Of a stretch of 64,000 nt of DNA, positions 49,556 through 63,004 are shown piece after piece. Under the pieces are notes generated by a model. It was not told where the DNA came from, searched no databases, and worked only from the letters and a program-made list of their open reading frames with translations. Made by a program: the position numbers and the translations under genes. Source of the DNA: Octopus vulgaris (taxonomy: Eukaryota); NCBI GenBank assembly GCA_951406725.2, contig OX597820.1, forward strand, positions 15,438,001-15,502,000, given 5' to 3'. Position 1 is the first letter of the stretch. Each line of letters opens with the position of its first letter.

Positions 49556-49770
49556 TGCCTCCTTGCCTTGACATTGAGTGATATTTGTCTTTCATCTTCA
49601 GTCTTCCATGAAAGCATAACTGGTTATGGAGATATATCACTTTACTTGGAGACAGGTGAGGGTTTGTGATAGGAAGGGTATCTGGTCCCAGAAAATCTGC
49701 CTCAACAAATTCCATTTGATCCATGCAACCATCAAAAAGAAGACGTTAATGTGACTATTATGATGGTGAT
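49345..49770 (+). mobile_element. SINE B head with RTE-derived tail (chimeric family)
   Basis: SINE B tRNA/CORE-like head, (GT)n, a distinct middle segment, then aggaagggtatctgg...gaaaatctgcctcaac...gacgttaa...gatgg, matching the RTE tail. Other copies lie at about 10260, 16525, 32785, 34800, 43245, 50650, 56065 and 58608. Confidence 0.75.
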
Positions 49771-51114
49771 TCATTTTAAGATGAATTAGAAGTGGAGAAA
49801 TACAATTAACATTTCTTAGAATCTACTTTTTCACTGGAGAGGAAGGAGAAAGAACAATACATTTTTCTCAAAGATTCAAACATTTTTGTTACCTTGAGAA
49901 ATACGTAAATGATCAATATTCTTGAAATATCTTTTATTTTAATGCATTTATTTTTTTGAAAATATCATCATCATCATTTAATATCCGCTTTCCATGCTAG
50001 CATGGATTGGACGATTTGACTGAGGGCTGGCGAACCAGATGGCTGCACCAGGCTTCAATCTTGATCTGGCAAAGTTTCTACAGCTGGATGCCCTTCCTAA
50101 TGCCAACCACTCTGAGAGAGTAGTGGGTGCTTTTTATGTGCCACCGGCATGGGGCCAGTCAGGCGGTACTGGCAACAACTTCGCTCGAATCTTTTACACA
50201 TGCCACCAGCACAGGTGCCAGTAAGGTGATGCTGGTAATGATCACACTTGAATGGTGCCTTTTACATGCCACTGGCACGGAGGCCAGACAGCCACTCTAA
50301 AATATATTTATTATATAATTGATCTCGAAAATCATAAAACCAAAATAGTTGACTAATTTGTTAAGTGCATTTACAATTAATCTTATGATAGTTTTAACAT
50401 GTTGGCTCCCAAGCCTCATTTTATGTTTTATCCCAGGGTCCCAATATGATATCTTAATTAATTTTAACATGAGTGGCATAACATTTTTACACTATACCAT
50501 ACTTCTCAGAAAACCCATAGGAAAGAAATTGAAAAACAACCTGCTAGTGGGTCAGGAGGGACTCGCTAACATACCACCATGACCCACTGGCAGGACATAT
50601 GGGAGCCAATGTGTTAAGATAATAACTTACATTTAACATCATTATCATAACTTTAATGTCCAAATGTCCACTTTTCCTTGTTTACATGGGTCAGATGAAA
50701 TTTGTTGAGGCAGATTTTCTACAACTGGATGCCATTCCTTTTGCCAGCCCTCACATTGCAAGATAATATTATCCCATGACCAGATATGTTTTCACAGATG
50801 ATAGGAAATGGAAGAAACCCTTGAATGACAATCATAGTCATTCACAATCACCACACAACGTCAGAACAAGGACACACACAACTTTGGAAAATTGTTGATT
50901 CTTGAGATTATCTCCCCTTCTCAATTCAATGGGAGCTGGTCTTAATTTCCATTTGGTAACTATGATACATCCCCTAGGGGCAGATATTTTCAATAAATCA
51001 AGAGTTTATATTGCATGGTATTTGAAATACTTGTGTTTGTCTATGTTATTCAAAAACCTGCTACTGACCACTTTAAGTTATTTCTCTCAGCTCATTTTTG
51101 TCCAAATAATACAA

Positions 51115-51609
51115 TATTCGCATCATCAGTTTGGAACCCCTATCTTACTCAGAACATTGACCTCCTGGAATCTGTCCAGAGACGTGCAACCAAACGCATA
51201 CCCTCCATCAGACACCTACCATATTCTGAGCGCCTTGTTTCCCTGGGCATGGATTCACTGAAGCTCCGGCGTCTGGCGACGGACTTGGTAAACACCCACA
51301 AAGTTATCAACCACCTCACCAACAACAACACTGAACACCTTTTTGATCTCCATGTGTCTAACACACGTGGACATGCCTACAAAGTCAGAAAACAACACAG
51401 CTCCCATGACTTTCGGAAACATTTTTTCACGCTCAGAGTTGCTGAAGCATGGAATAAACTGCCTGCGTCAGTTGTTGACTGCCATGACACTGCATCCTTT
51501 AAGGCCCTCATGCTTTCCGAAATCCGCCGAAACTACACCTGATTATATATACACTTTAGATGAGTTGTAGTGCACCTGAGCACTGTACACAATTATTATT
51601 ATTATTATT
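51115..51609 (+). mobile_element. Young CR1-group LINE, 5'-truncated, near-identical to 43666-44222
   Basis: FASSVWNPYLTQNIDLLESVQRRATK...SEIRRNYT, with an (ATT)n tail. Confidence 0.95.
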
Positions 51610-51915
51610 GTATGTTTACTTGGTGATTTTCCCATCACTAATTTGGCAAATACAGTAAAGTCTATGATTTGCTGAAGAAATCATATTAAACTGAAACATG
51701 TCCAGAACTTTCTCCAAAACTTGGCAAAAGAATCAAAACAATATTTAATCAATGACTAATATCATTTTTACCTCACTACATATTTTCTTAACATATTCAA
51801 TACAATGAACAGCAAAAATCAAGTGTTAACTAAAGCAATAAACTTAACAACTCTACTTTTCACAATCAAATTTAACTGACCCAACATTTACTGCAAACCA
51901 CCAATGAAGATTTAA

Positions 51916-52124
51916 CCTTTAAGCATTAAAACCAACCCAAATATTCCACCTGTTTTATGTTCAAACTGGACAGATCCAGCCTCTCACACCTACCCTGCAA
52001 TGTTATAAAAATAAACAGCTATATCTTCAAAATGTCAAGGCTACAAGATAATACATGATTAGTTTTGAACACTCTGTGATTAAATAAGCATTGTATTTCA
52101 CAGAGTAATCTGAATGCTGAAGGG
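51916..52124. mobile_element. piggyBac-like MITE
   Basis: TTAA|cctttaagcatt...aatgctgaaggg|TTAA; homologous to 1836-2051. Confidence 0.75.
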
Positions 52125-53021
52125 TTAAACAGTTCTGACCATAAACCAAACTAGGCTTAATTGACTATAAACTTGTAATGATTCTCTGCATAGCATGTGC
52201 TCTTTGACCGATAAACGGAATATATCAGGGAGTAGGCTTCAGAGTTTCCTTTCATGTTTGATATATTATCTCTCTGAGTCATAGGTTTGCTCTAGTAAAT
52301 CAAACTCTGGTTGAACAACAACAGTAGCAACAACCTTCCCGTCTCAGTTACTTTCACCAATAAGCATCATGAAATTATCCAGTTTATTTCTATCTTCTCA
52401 ACTAACAAAATATCTTTGGTCAACTGAGCATGTACTAAAGCATTGAATGTTGCCAATTCACCCACCATCATGGGTTTATTTTTTCTCTTTTTCTTTAACT
52501 CCAAAATAACTTGTACAAGTTGCAAGCTTTGAAAAACCTAACACACTCTGTTAAATTGTAAAAATAAATGCAGTAATTTTCCTAAATTAGGTGCAAGCAC
52601 AGTTGTGTATTTTAGAAGCTTGCTTTGCTACCATGTGATCTTGGGTTCAATCTCACTGCATGGCACTTTGGACAAGTGTCTTCTAGTATAGCCCCAGGTT
52701 GACCAAAGCCTTGAGAGTGGATTTGGTAGATGGAATCTGTGTGGATGCCCATCATGTGGCAGGAGCATATGTGTTTTGCTTCTGAGCACTGCTTAACAAC
52801 CAGTGTTGGTTAGACTACATCCTTGTAACTTAGCGGTTCCACAAAAGCAAGTGATACAATAAATACCAGACTTTCAAAAAAAAAAAAAAAAGTACTGGGG
52901 TTGATTTGTTTGACGATGGTGCCCTAACATGGCCATGACCAGAGTTCGATGACTGAAACAAGTAAGAAGTAAGTCAATACACCTACAAACGAAATAAATT
53001 ATTTTAGTTTTGACATATCAA

Positions 53022-53229
53022 TACTCTTTACTTGTTTCAGTCATTTGACTGTGACCATGATGGAGCACCGCGTTTAGTCGACCAAATCGACCCCAGGACT
53101 TATTCTTTGTAAGCCTAGTACTTATTCTATCGGTCTCCTTTGCCGAACTGCTAAGTTACAGGGACATAAACACACCACCATTGGTTGTCAAGCGATGTTG
53201 GGGGTACAAACACAGACACACAAACATAT

Positions 53230-53277
<48 letters not shown>

Positions 53278-53462
53278 CGAGAGAGAGAGACACATATATA
53301 TGATGGGCTTCTTTCAGTTTCTGTTTACTAAATCCACTCACAAGGCTTTGGTCAGCCCGAGGCTATAGTAGAAGACACTTGCCCAAGGTGCCACGCAGTA
53401 GGACTGAACCCGGAACCATGTGGTTCGTTAGCAAGCTACTTACCACATAGCCACTCCTATGC
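53022..53462 (-). mobile_element. SINE family B, full length
   Basis: Complete head to tail with an internal CA/TA/GA microsatellite. Confidence 0.9.
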
Positions 53463-54244
53463 CTATACTGTGAACTATTTGTGAAACAACAAATGAATAG
53501 TCTGCCACAATGTGTTTGGTGGTATTAATTGATCCAGTTAGTATTGACAAATAGCATCTGTTGCATCAGAATACATGTGTGAGTGCATGTGAGTGAAAGG
53601 GGAGAGAGAGAGAGGGAGAGTATGCATTTAAGAAAATGTTCTCTTTTTCTTTAAAAAACAAAAGAAGATCAGTTCAAAAGGTTTGTTATAACTCAATGAA
53701 TAAAATTCAAATTCAAGCAAAATATGATTTAATTCAATTTATGACTGAGTTATACATTGTTTGTTGTGTAACAATCAATACCATCTGCACACTTCTAATA
53801 TGCAGGTAATATATATATACTACAGATATTCTTTTAAATACCTCATTAGTATAAATATGCTATTTAGTTTACAATTATCATCTTTCAAAATTCAAATGCA
53901 TAATCATTACAATATAGTCCTACCTGCATATCCCTATCAAGTATTTCTGAAATTTTGGAAAGCTAATGCCTATGAATATTGGAACTGCAAATGTGAGATT
54001 AATTGTTTTGTAGTAACTCGTTGCAAGGCAGCAAGCTGGTAGAATCATTAGCACACCGAACTAAATGCTTAGAAACTTTTCTTCCAACAATACATTCTGA
54101 GTTCAAATGCGACTGGGGTTGACATTGCCTTTCATCCTTTTGAGGTCAACAGGATAAGTATTAGTTGAGCACTGGGGTCGATGTAAGCAACTTATCCCAA
54201 CCCACTGAAATTGCTAGCCTTGTACCAAAATATGAAATCAAAAT

Positions 54245-54678
54245 TAAAATCAAATCAAATCAAATCAAATCAAATCAAATCAAATCACAATCAAGTGGAA
54301 ATTGTAGTTGTGGCCGATGCCAGTGCTGCCTGACTGGCTCCCGTGCTGGTGGCATGTAAAAAGCACCATCTGAATGTAGTCGATGCCAGCCATCCCACCA
54401 CTCTGACTGGCTCCTGTGCTAGTATCTTGTAAAAAGCACCATCCGAACATGGTCGATGCCAGTGCCACCTGACTGGTTCCCATGCCAGTGAAACGTAAAA
54501 AGCACCCACTACACTCTCAGAGTGGTTGGCCTTAGGAAGGGCATCCAGCTGTAGAAACATTGCCAGATCAGATTGGAACCTGGTGCAGCCTCCTGGTTTG
54601 CTAGTCCCCAGTCAAGCTATCCAACCTATGTCAGCATGGAAAACAGATGTTAAACAATGATGATGATGATGATGATGA
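54245..54678 (+). mobile_element. RTE 3' UTR preceded by an (AAATC)n pentamer repeat
   Basis: (AAATC)n, three internal ~60-bp units, and a (GAT)n tail. Confidence 0.8.
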
Positions 54679-55291
54679 TTGCAGCCCATATAAAATTACA
54701 TGGAGGCACAGGCATAACTATGTGGTTAAGAACCTTGCTTTGCAACCATATTGTCAGAGGTTCAGTCCCAATGTACAGCACCTTGAGTAAGTGTCTTGTA
54801 CTATAGCCCCAGACCTACCAATACCTTGCAAGTGAATTTGGTGGATGGAAACTGTGTGGAAGCCTACCATATATGTATGTGTATGTGTGTGCCAATAAGT
54901 GTGTGTTTGTGTCTATTATCCCTATTCCTCACCTGCATCTGCTTGACACCTGGTGTTAGTTTATCTCCTCATAACTTAGTGTTTTGGAAAAATAGAGACA
55001 AACAGAATATATACCACATTTAACAAAAAATGACAAGTACTGTGGTGAGGGTGGGGGGCAATCTGTTCAACTAAAACCCTTCAAGGCATCACCCCAGCAT
55101 GGTCCAGAGCCCAATGACTGAAACAAGTAAAAGATAAAGAAGAGATAGAAATAAGAGAGAAGTTATCATCTCATTTATCCATAAGAAATATGGGGATGCA
55201 TTTGATATAAACATGCACACATTCTCTCTCTCTCTCTCAATATCACTCCCTAGACCATGGGTATGTTGAGACATCACCTTGAAGGGTTTTT

Positions 55292-55322
<31 letters not shown>

Positions 55323-55399
55323 ATGAGCTTCCATGGAGTTTCTGCCTACCAAACACATTCACATGACATTAGTCAATCCAGGATTATAGTAAAAGACAC

Positions 55400-55675
55400 T
55401 TTTTTTTATTTCATCTAGCTTCAGCTCACGAGCTGTGGCCATGCTGGGGCACTGCCATTTGATGTTGCTACGTAATTTTACTTCACGAATGCTTTTTAGC
55501 AATTGACATTTGGTGCACGAGAGAGTTTGATGCAGCTGCCCTCATCTGCACCTCCTGCAGTGAAGTTGGTTCATCTGGGACAGCTAACAGGAAGAGGTCC
55601 AGCTTTATTTTGAAGACACCTACATCCACCCCATACAGGTCTCTCAGGGAGGATATTGAAGAGCTGTGGACCTCT
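55400..55675 (-). mobile_element. CR1/L2-group LINE 3' end (PDEP type)
   Basis: GPQLFNI.. then SLRDLYGVDVGVFKIKLDLFLLAVPDEPT...RAAASNSLVHQM. The 3' UTR reads ggcagtgccccagcatggccacagc...gctgaagc, followed by an A tail. Confidence 0.8.
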
Positions 55676-57229
55676 GAAGCCCAGGCTAACTTGCTCAAGG
55701 TTCCACACATTGGAACTGAACTTGACACCATGTGATTGCAAAGCAAGCTTCTTAACCTCACAGTTATGCTTGCACCGTTTTAATAATTTCTAAACAAGAT
55801 AATCGAGACAGTACCTAACATTTCAAATAACTCATTAGTATCTTGTAATATCTTCTAATTAAAAATTAAAAAGACAAACTAGATATGAAGAAAATTAACA
55901 ACTAACACAAGAACCAATAAATTATTCAAAAACTATTATTATTGACAACATATAAAGACATACAATTGAGCTTTAAAACCCTTATTAAACAAATGTGAAA
56001 CTGATTTACCTGGAATTGGTAAAATTTGTAAAGTTCTAAGAACAATATCAGAATCTATTGAAAAATCATCAGCATTTTAAAGTCCACCTTTCCGTGCGCA
56101 CAAGGGTCAGACAGAATTTGAGGCAAATTTTCTATGATCATGTGCCCTTCCTGCCACCGACCCTTACCTGATAATACCAGTATGACTGGTAATATTTCCT
56201 TACAGGTAATATTTCCACATAACCAGACATGTTTTCACAGAAGATTGGGAATGAAAGACACTATTTGCATGATGGTGACACTCTGTTACAACTACCACCT
56301 GAAGTCTAGACAAGGAGTCAGTAAAACACACACACATACACAATGGACTTCTTTTATTTTCTGTCTACCATATCCACTTACAAGGCATTAAAAGATACTT
56401 GGCCAAGGTGCCATGTAGTGAAACTGACCCCAAAACCATGTCATCTGAAAGCAAACTTCTTACCACATAACCACAGCTGTGCCTATGAAAAGTTATTATA
56501 AAATTGCAATTCTTGGAGTTTTGCTTAGATTTCTGATTTTGATGTAATCTCCATAGTTTAAAATCTCATAAATGTTTAAGAAACACAATACATTGTACAA
56601 GAATCAACACTGATTAAAGTAATCATCCTTGCTATCATTTTTTTTTTCTTCATTGCTTGGAAGATTATTTATAGAAAATATATTATCAGAAACGTTAGCT
56701 TCTAGTTTTATCTGGAAGAGAGAAAGAACAAAGAGAGATTCTCAACAGGTCACCAGTCTACTTGCTATATTTATACATCATGTCAGTCTTATTGACAACA
56801 AACACATGCAACAGACTGAAAGGTTGAATAAATTTACAACAGCATTCTCTGAACGTCCCTACACATATAGGTCGATAGTGAACCCTTTGTATGAATGGTA
56901 GAGTAGATGTACCCCATGTCAGTTTGTTAAACTGTATTTTATATAAATAAAGAGAATTATAAACTGTTATATGCATAGTGAATAGAAAGACTCAAGACAA
57001 TGACTTTTATATTTATTCTTAATATGCTGTATTAAGGAAAAATGTACTTGTACTAATGAATTGAGTGTGTCATGAACACTTAGTCATCATAAAGAAGCTG
57101 TTCCCCTGTGACAAACACATCAGTGATTAGCCTACCTATGTTCAAATCTACTGGAGCATATTAATTATTAAGAGTATAAAAAAGTAAATTATCTCAGTTG
57201 AAAATTAAGTAAACAACTAATATAAAGGT

Positions 57230-58046
57230 AAAGAGCTGAGAAAAGTTGGACCTAAGAAGCATCAGATGTGGTGTGCAAGAGAGACGACTACACTGGTATG
57301 GTCATGTGGTGAGAATGGATGAGGATTAGCTGTGTGAAAAAGTGCCACACCCTAGCAGTTGAGGGAACCTGTGGAAGAGGTAGACCCAGGAAGACTTAGT
57401 ATGAGGTGGTGAAGCACAACCTTCAAACAGTAGGCCTCACCGAGGCAATGACTAGTGACCGAGACCTTTGGAAATATGTTGTGCGTGAGAAGAACCAGCA
57501 AGCCAAGTGGGACCATAACCCGTGGCCTATGCTAAGGGTGTAACCAGCTCACTGATGTGTACCTTTCCTTCATTGGACACTAAACTCTGCTTGCAAAGAC
57601 CTGTTGAGGCAAGTGAAATCGAAATCAAAACCAAATTCGATGACTGACATCTGTGCTAGTGGAGCGCTAAGAGCACCATCCGAGTGCGATCGTTACCAGT
57701 GTCGCCTTACTGGCACTTGTGCCAGTGACATGTGAAAAAACATTTGAGTGAGGTCGTTGCCAGTGCTGCTGGACTGGCTCCTGTGCAGGTGGCATGTAAA
57801 AAACACCATTTGAGCATGGCCGTTGCCAGTACCACCTGACTGGCCCTCATGCTGGTGGCACGCAAAAGCACCCACTACACTCTTGGAGTGGTTGGCATTA
57901 GGAAGGGCATCCAGCCGTAGAAACTCTGCCAGATTAGATTGGAGCCTGGTGCAGCCATGTGGTTCATCAGTCCTCAGTCAAATCGTCCAACCCATGCCAG
58001 TATGGAAAGCAGACGTTAAACGATGATGATGATGATGATGATGATG
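57230..58046 (+). mobile_element. RTE-clade LINE 3' end (ORF C-terminus plus 3' UTR)
   Basis: LREKLDLRSIRCGVQERRLHWYGHVVRMDED/SCVKKCHTLAVEGTCGRGRPRKT*YEVVK...TSDRDLWK, with a frameshift and a stop. The UTR ends in (GAT)n. Confidence 0.9.
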
Positions 58047-60464
58047 AAGAATATTTGGGCAACTGAAGTTATTTGCACTCATGATGATAGCACCTATCAT
58101 TGTGTTGCTACTGTAGTTTAGTTCAAGGTCAGCTTTGACCAAGAAGACTTATGGTCAAAGACCTTCCAGCCATAACCTTCTCTTCTTTATTCTTAACCAC
58201 ATAGGCATGGCTGTGTGGTTAAGAAATTTGCTTTGCACTCATGTGGTTTTGGGTTCTGTCTTGCAGTGAAGCACCAAGGGCAAGTGTATTCTGTTATAGC
58301 CCTGGGCTGACCAATGCCTTGTGAATGAATTTGGTGGATGGAAACTACATTGAAGCCTAACAATATGTGTGTGTATTTGCCCCCATCCTACTGCTGGGTT
58401 TGTTTAAGTCTCTGTAACTTAACGGTTCAACAAAAGAGGCCACTGGAATAAGTACAAGACTTATTCAGCTGAAAAGTACCAGTGATAACAGCTAGGGATT
58501 AACCCTGTGACAGACTAGCATCCAGTTCAGAGAGGATTATATTCTCAATTACTTATCCCAAGTTACATGGCATACAAGACAGACTGAAGATTAAGAACTA
58601 TACCCACTCATCATCATTTAATATCCACTTTTCCATCCTTGCTTAAGTCATATAGAATTTGTTGAAGCAGATTCTCTACAGCTAGATGACCTTCCTGTAG
58701 CTAACCCTCACTTGCTTCCAGGCAAGGGATGTTTCCTCATGACCAAATGTGTTTTTCACAGAAGAATGGAAATAAACAATCTTTCTAGTATGACACTGAT
58801 ACTCATTTACAACCATCACGTAATGTCTAGACAAAGAACTCCCTTCCTCCTTTTTTTGGTCATGAATGACCATGGGATTGCACCTAGAAAGTTGCCCTCC
58901 AATCAACAAGACTGGGCAGACCAGTAGTTGTCCATGCATACCAGCCTCCCCACTCCACGCCACCAGTGTTAACCAAGGGAAAGGCAAAGACTGATACAGC
59001 TTGGCACCAGTGACGTCACAACTCATTTCTAGAGCTGAGTGAACTGGAGCAATGTGAAACAAAGTGTCTTGCTCAAGAACACAACACACAAACAAGTCCA
59101 GTAATTGAATTCACTAACTCATGATTGTGAATCCAATGCTCCAACAACTGAGCTATGTGCCTTCAAGGTACACAAAAACACTTGTGCACAAGCACATACA
59201 TTCATATATGAGGGGCTTTTTTCCAGTTTTATCTACCTACAAGTCTTTGGTCCGCTTGGGGCTACATCATCATCATCATCATCATCGTTTAACGTCCGCT
59301 TTCCATGCTAGCATGGGTTGGACGATTTTGACTGAGGGCTGGCAAACCAGATGGCTGCACCAGGCAGACAATTAACCAAGATGTCATCCAGTGGGATTGA
59401 ACCCAAGATCACAAGATTGGAATGCAAGTTTCTTAAGTACGCTAAGTGAGATATCATTATTTTCAGACAGCCTACTGAGATAAGCAAAGTAATTGCCATA
59501 CTTTTAGCAGATGACAATAGCTTCAGGAAAGTTTGGACTAAATAACCCTGCAATCAGTAGTCTGCATCTTCCCTTCACAGCTAATGTTCTTCTTCTTATC
59601 TTAATCATTTAAAATTGAATTTTTCTTTTTTATACTATCACAAGATATTTGTGTAAATTTCTGAGATTGTGTTCAAGTGCTAGAGCAAGAGAATTATAGT
59701 GCTGAATACTTTTCCCAACACTGACAACTCCTCTACACTTTTAAGATTACAATATGTTCATGTTAAGCTGCATGATTAAGGCAGCAGGAAATGCAACAAA
59801 GAATAGAAGAATAACAAAAAACTTGTTGAAATGTTTGCATTTAGGTACTTATATGCTAGTGTATTAACAACCGAATCTGTATTTGTTAGTATATGTCCTT
59901 ATATTTCAAACTGTAATCAAATTATAAATCTATGAGTGAAGTAATGAACTAAAATGAGGACAAAACTTACAAGATTTAGTTTTTATTTCAAAATGATCTC
60001 ATATGTATTAAACCTATCAGAAGCAGTACTTATGCAAAGTAATTAATTTCATTATTATACTTTAGAATCCAGACTTAAATAATTAGGTATGGTTTTGTAG
60101 TTAAGAGGCTTGCTTTGCAACCACATGGTTTTAGGTTCAGTTCCATTGTGCAGTACCTTGGACAAGCATCTTCTGCTATAGTCCCAGGTTAATCAATGCT
60201 TTGCTTAGAGACTTTGGTAGATGGAAACTGTGAGGAAGCCTGTCATGTGTGTTTGTGCATCTGTGTTTTCACCCACCACACACACACACACACACACACG
60301 CTATTTGACTACTGGTGTTGGCTTCTTTACATCTGCATAGCTTAGTGGTTCAGCAAAAGAGAATGGTAGAATAAGTATCAGACTAGAAAAAAAAATATGT
60401 AAGTATTGAGATTTGTTCAACTAAAACCTTTATAATTGAACTGCATTATTATAATTATTTCTTT

Positions 60465-61394
60465 AAGTATCACCATTATAGGCATTTATACTTCAGTGAA
60501 ATTAAGAAATCAACCCATAAATAAATGAAACCCTCGAATCCATCACTGTACACACACATAGCCACATAGCTATATATGTACTTATGTATGTATGTACCCA
60601 CATGTCTCTATGCACATAGGTACATCAGGATCTATATACATGTAGATGAGGGTCAATTCAGATGAAAAAGAAAGTGAACAAAATGTAACACTTATAGAAA
60701 ATATTACATAGAATTTAAGTGTTTTTTAATGTCTTTCAATGATAGCAGGTGAATCAAACATATTGTAGTTCATTGTAGGATATAAATAATATGACGACTT
60801 GCTTATTGGAAATTTGTAAGTTCGATTTAAAAAATTTTTTTTTTTTCTGAGTATCACCATTATAGGTATTTATACTCCGGTGAAATTAAGGAATCAACTT
60901 GTAAATAAGCAAAACCCTTGAATCTATCACTGTACGCACGCACAGTTGCATATCTATGTATGTATGTAGCCATACATGTCTATGTGCATAGGTACACCAT
61001 AATTTATACACATGTAGACAAGGGTCGATTCATATGAAAAAGAAAGTGAATAAAATGAAATATAGAAAATATTGCAGAGAATTTGAGAAGTGTTTCACCA
61101 TTATAGGTATTTATACTCTGGTGAAATTAAGAAATCAACTCATATATAAATGAAACCCTCAAATCCATCACTGTACGTACGTACACATACACAGTTGCAT
61201 ATCTATGTATCTATTTATGTATGTTCGAAGATAATCAAATCAAATTTTTACCATTTCAAGCCACTCAGCCAATGAGTATTTCTGCAAAATTTTGTGAAAA
61301 TTTATTCAGCCGTTTTCTAGTAATTTTGTGAACACACAGACAGACAAAGATGAGTAATTACAATACCCTACTTTAGCTTACGCATGCAGGGTAA
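60465..61394 (-). mobile_element. Helentron-like (HINE) element with adjacent tandem array
   Basis: Minus-strand start ttaccctgc...gtagggta IR, GTCT microsatellite and aaaacggctgaataaattttcacaaaattttg core. Three tandem units beginning tcaccattatagg lie at about 60470, 60854 and 61095. Confidence 0.65.
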
Positions 61395-61938
61395 GAGTAA
61401 AGAAAAAAAGAGAAGATAACCATAGTAAAAGTGATGAGAATGTTAATAACAGCTTGTAGCCTCTTTCCCATTTAAATTTTAAAGCAACTCTATGCAGACA
61501 AACTAAAATGAAAAATATTATAATCTTTATAAAGGCAAGTCAAATCAAATTGACCAAATGGCTCATAATAAAATATTTGCTTTTATATCCACTATTATAT
61601 TTTATTGATTAAAAATGAAAAATCATTCATTATCATTTAATGTCTGTTCTCCATGCTGGTATAGGTTGGACAAATCAAAGGAAAAATTTGACAAATAAAC
61701 TTGAATGTACATAATTCATAGGTACAATTTACAATAAGACAGAGTGATAATAGAAAAAAGGTTAAATGATGCTATGAAGATTCTAAAGAGATTGAATAAG
61801 TATAGAATGTATTCCCTCATTCAACATGTATGCCTGATAGGAAAATAGGCATTAGTGTGACACTGAGAATTTGCACCCTTTCAATATTTTCAATGCATGA
61901 AGTGTATATGCAAACCATGATTATAAATGATAGCTTAA

Positions 61939-62140
61939 CCCTTTAGCCATGTAATGCTTATTTATTCACACTGTTTTGAATTTATCATGCATTACCTTTC
62001 AGCTTTCAGATTTCAACGATGTGATGATAGATTTTTAGAATGACATTGTAGGGTAGGTATAAGAGGCCAGATCTTGATAGTTTGAATATAAAGCAGGTAG
62101 AATACTTGGGCCAGATATAGTCAGTTTAAATGCTAAAGAG
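61939..62140. mobile_element. piggyBac-like MITE, inverted relative to the 1836 and 51916 copies
   Basis: TTAA|ccctttagc...aatgctaaagag|ttga; internal homology to the other copies. Confidence 0.7.
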
Positions 62141-63004
62141 TTGAGGATTTTGTGGAGGTGGTACATAACAAGCATACATGAAGACAGAAGTGATAGTTAT
62201 GACAATGATGATGGCTTTCTGTGATTGTAGATTCTTCAAGATGTATCACCTGAAATTTAGTTTAGCATAATTCAAAAAAATATTTTGTAATATTTAATTG
62301 CAACCCAATACTGAAACTTCTTTTCTGTTTGTGTGCAAAACTGTGTCTGGGGAAATTAAAGAACATTATTCAGACTTTGTTCTTTTGCCTGGACTGATAA
62401 GTAATCTCTTCATCCAAAAAAGGATCATATAAAAAAAATGCTTCAATCGAAAGATATGCATTTCCCATGCTTCTACTCCAAATTATCTGGATATTTCTAT
62501 AACACTATATTCCACAATATATGATATAATATAATATAGGATACATTATCTTGGTAATGGTATGGTAATATGAGGTTTGAAGTTAAGCATTCTCTATGCA
62601 TTGAACTTACTACTAGGATATTCAAACTATCTCAAGATCTGGCCTTTACTACTACATGTGATGTCATTCTAAAATTATAGATAGACATCTCGGAAGTTTT
62701 TACTACTACATGATCTTTTTGAATGTTAAAAAAATCAATTTGAAGTCAATTTTCAATTCCTGACAATAACACTAAACAAATTCTTATTATAAACATGATC
62801 GAAAACGTCTGACATACTTCAAACAGTTATTTATCAAATAAAAAGAATGAAAAGGGTATAACTTGGGAGAATGTTGATGCTCAGTACTCACCCACTACAA
62901 AATAAACAAACGAATAAAAAGAAATAGGCCTATCAGAGTTCAGTCCCACTATGTGGTACCTTGGGCCACACAGAGAGACTGAACTACTATAGTCACAAGC
63001 TGAC

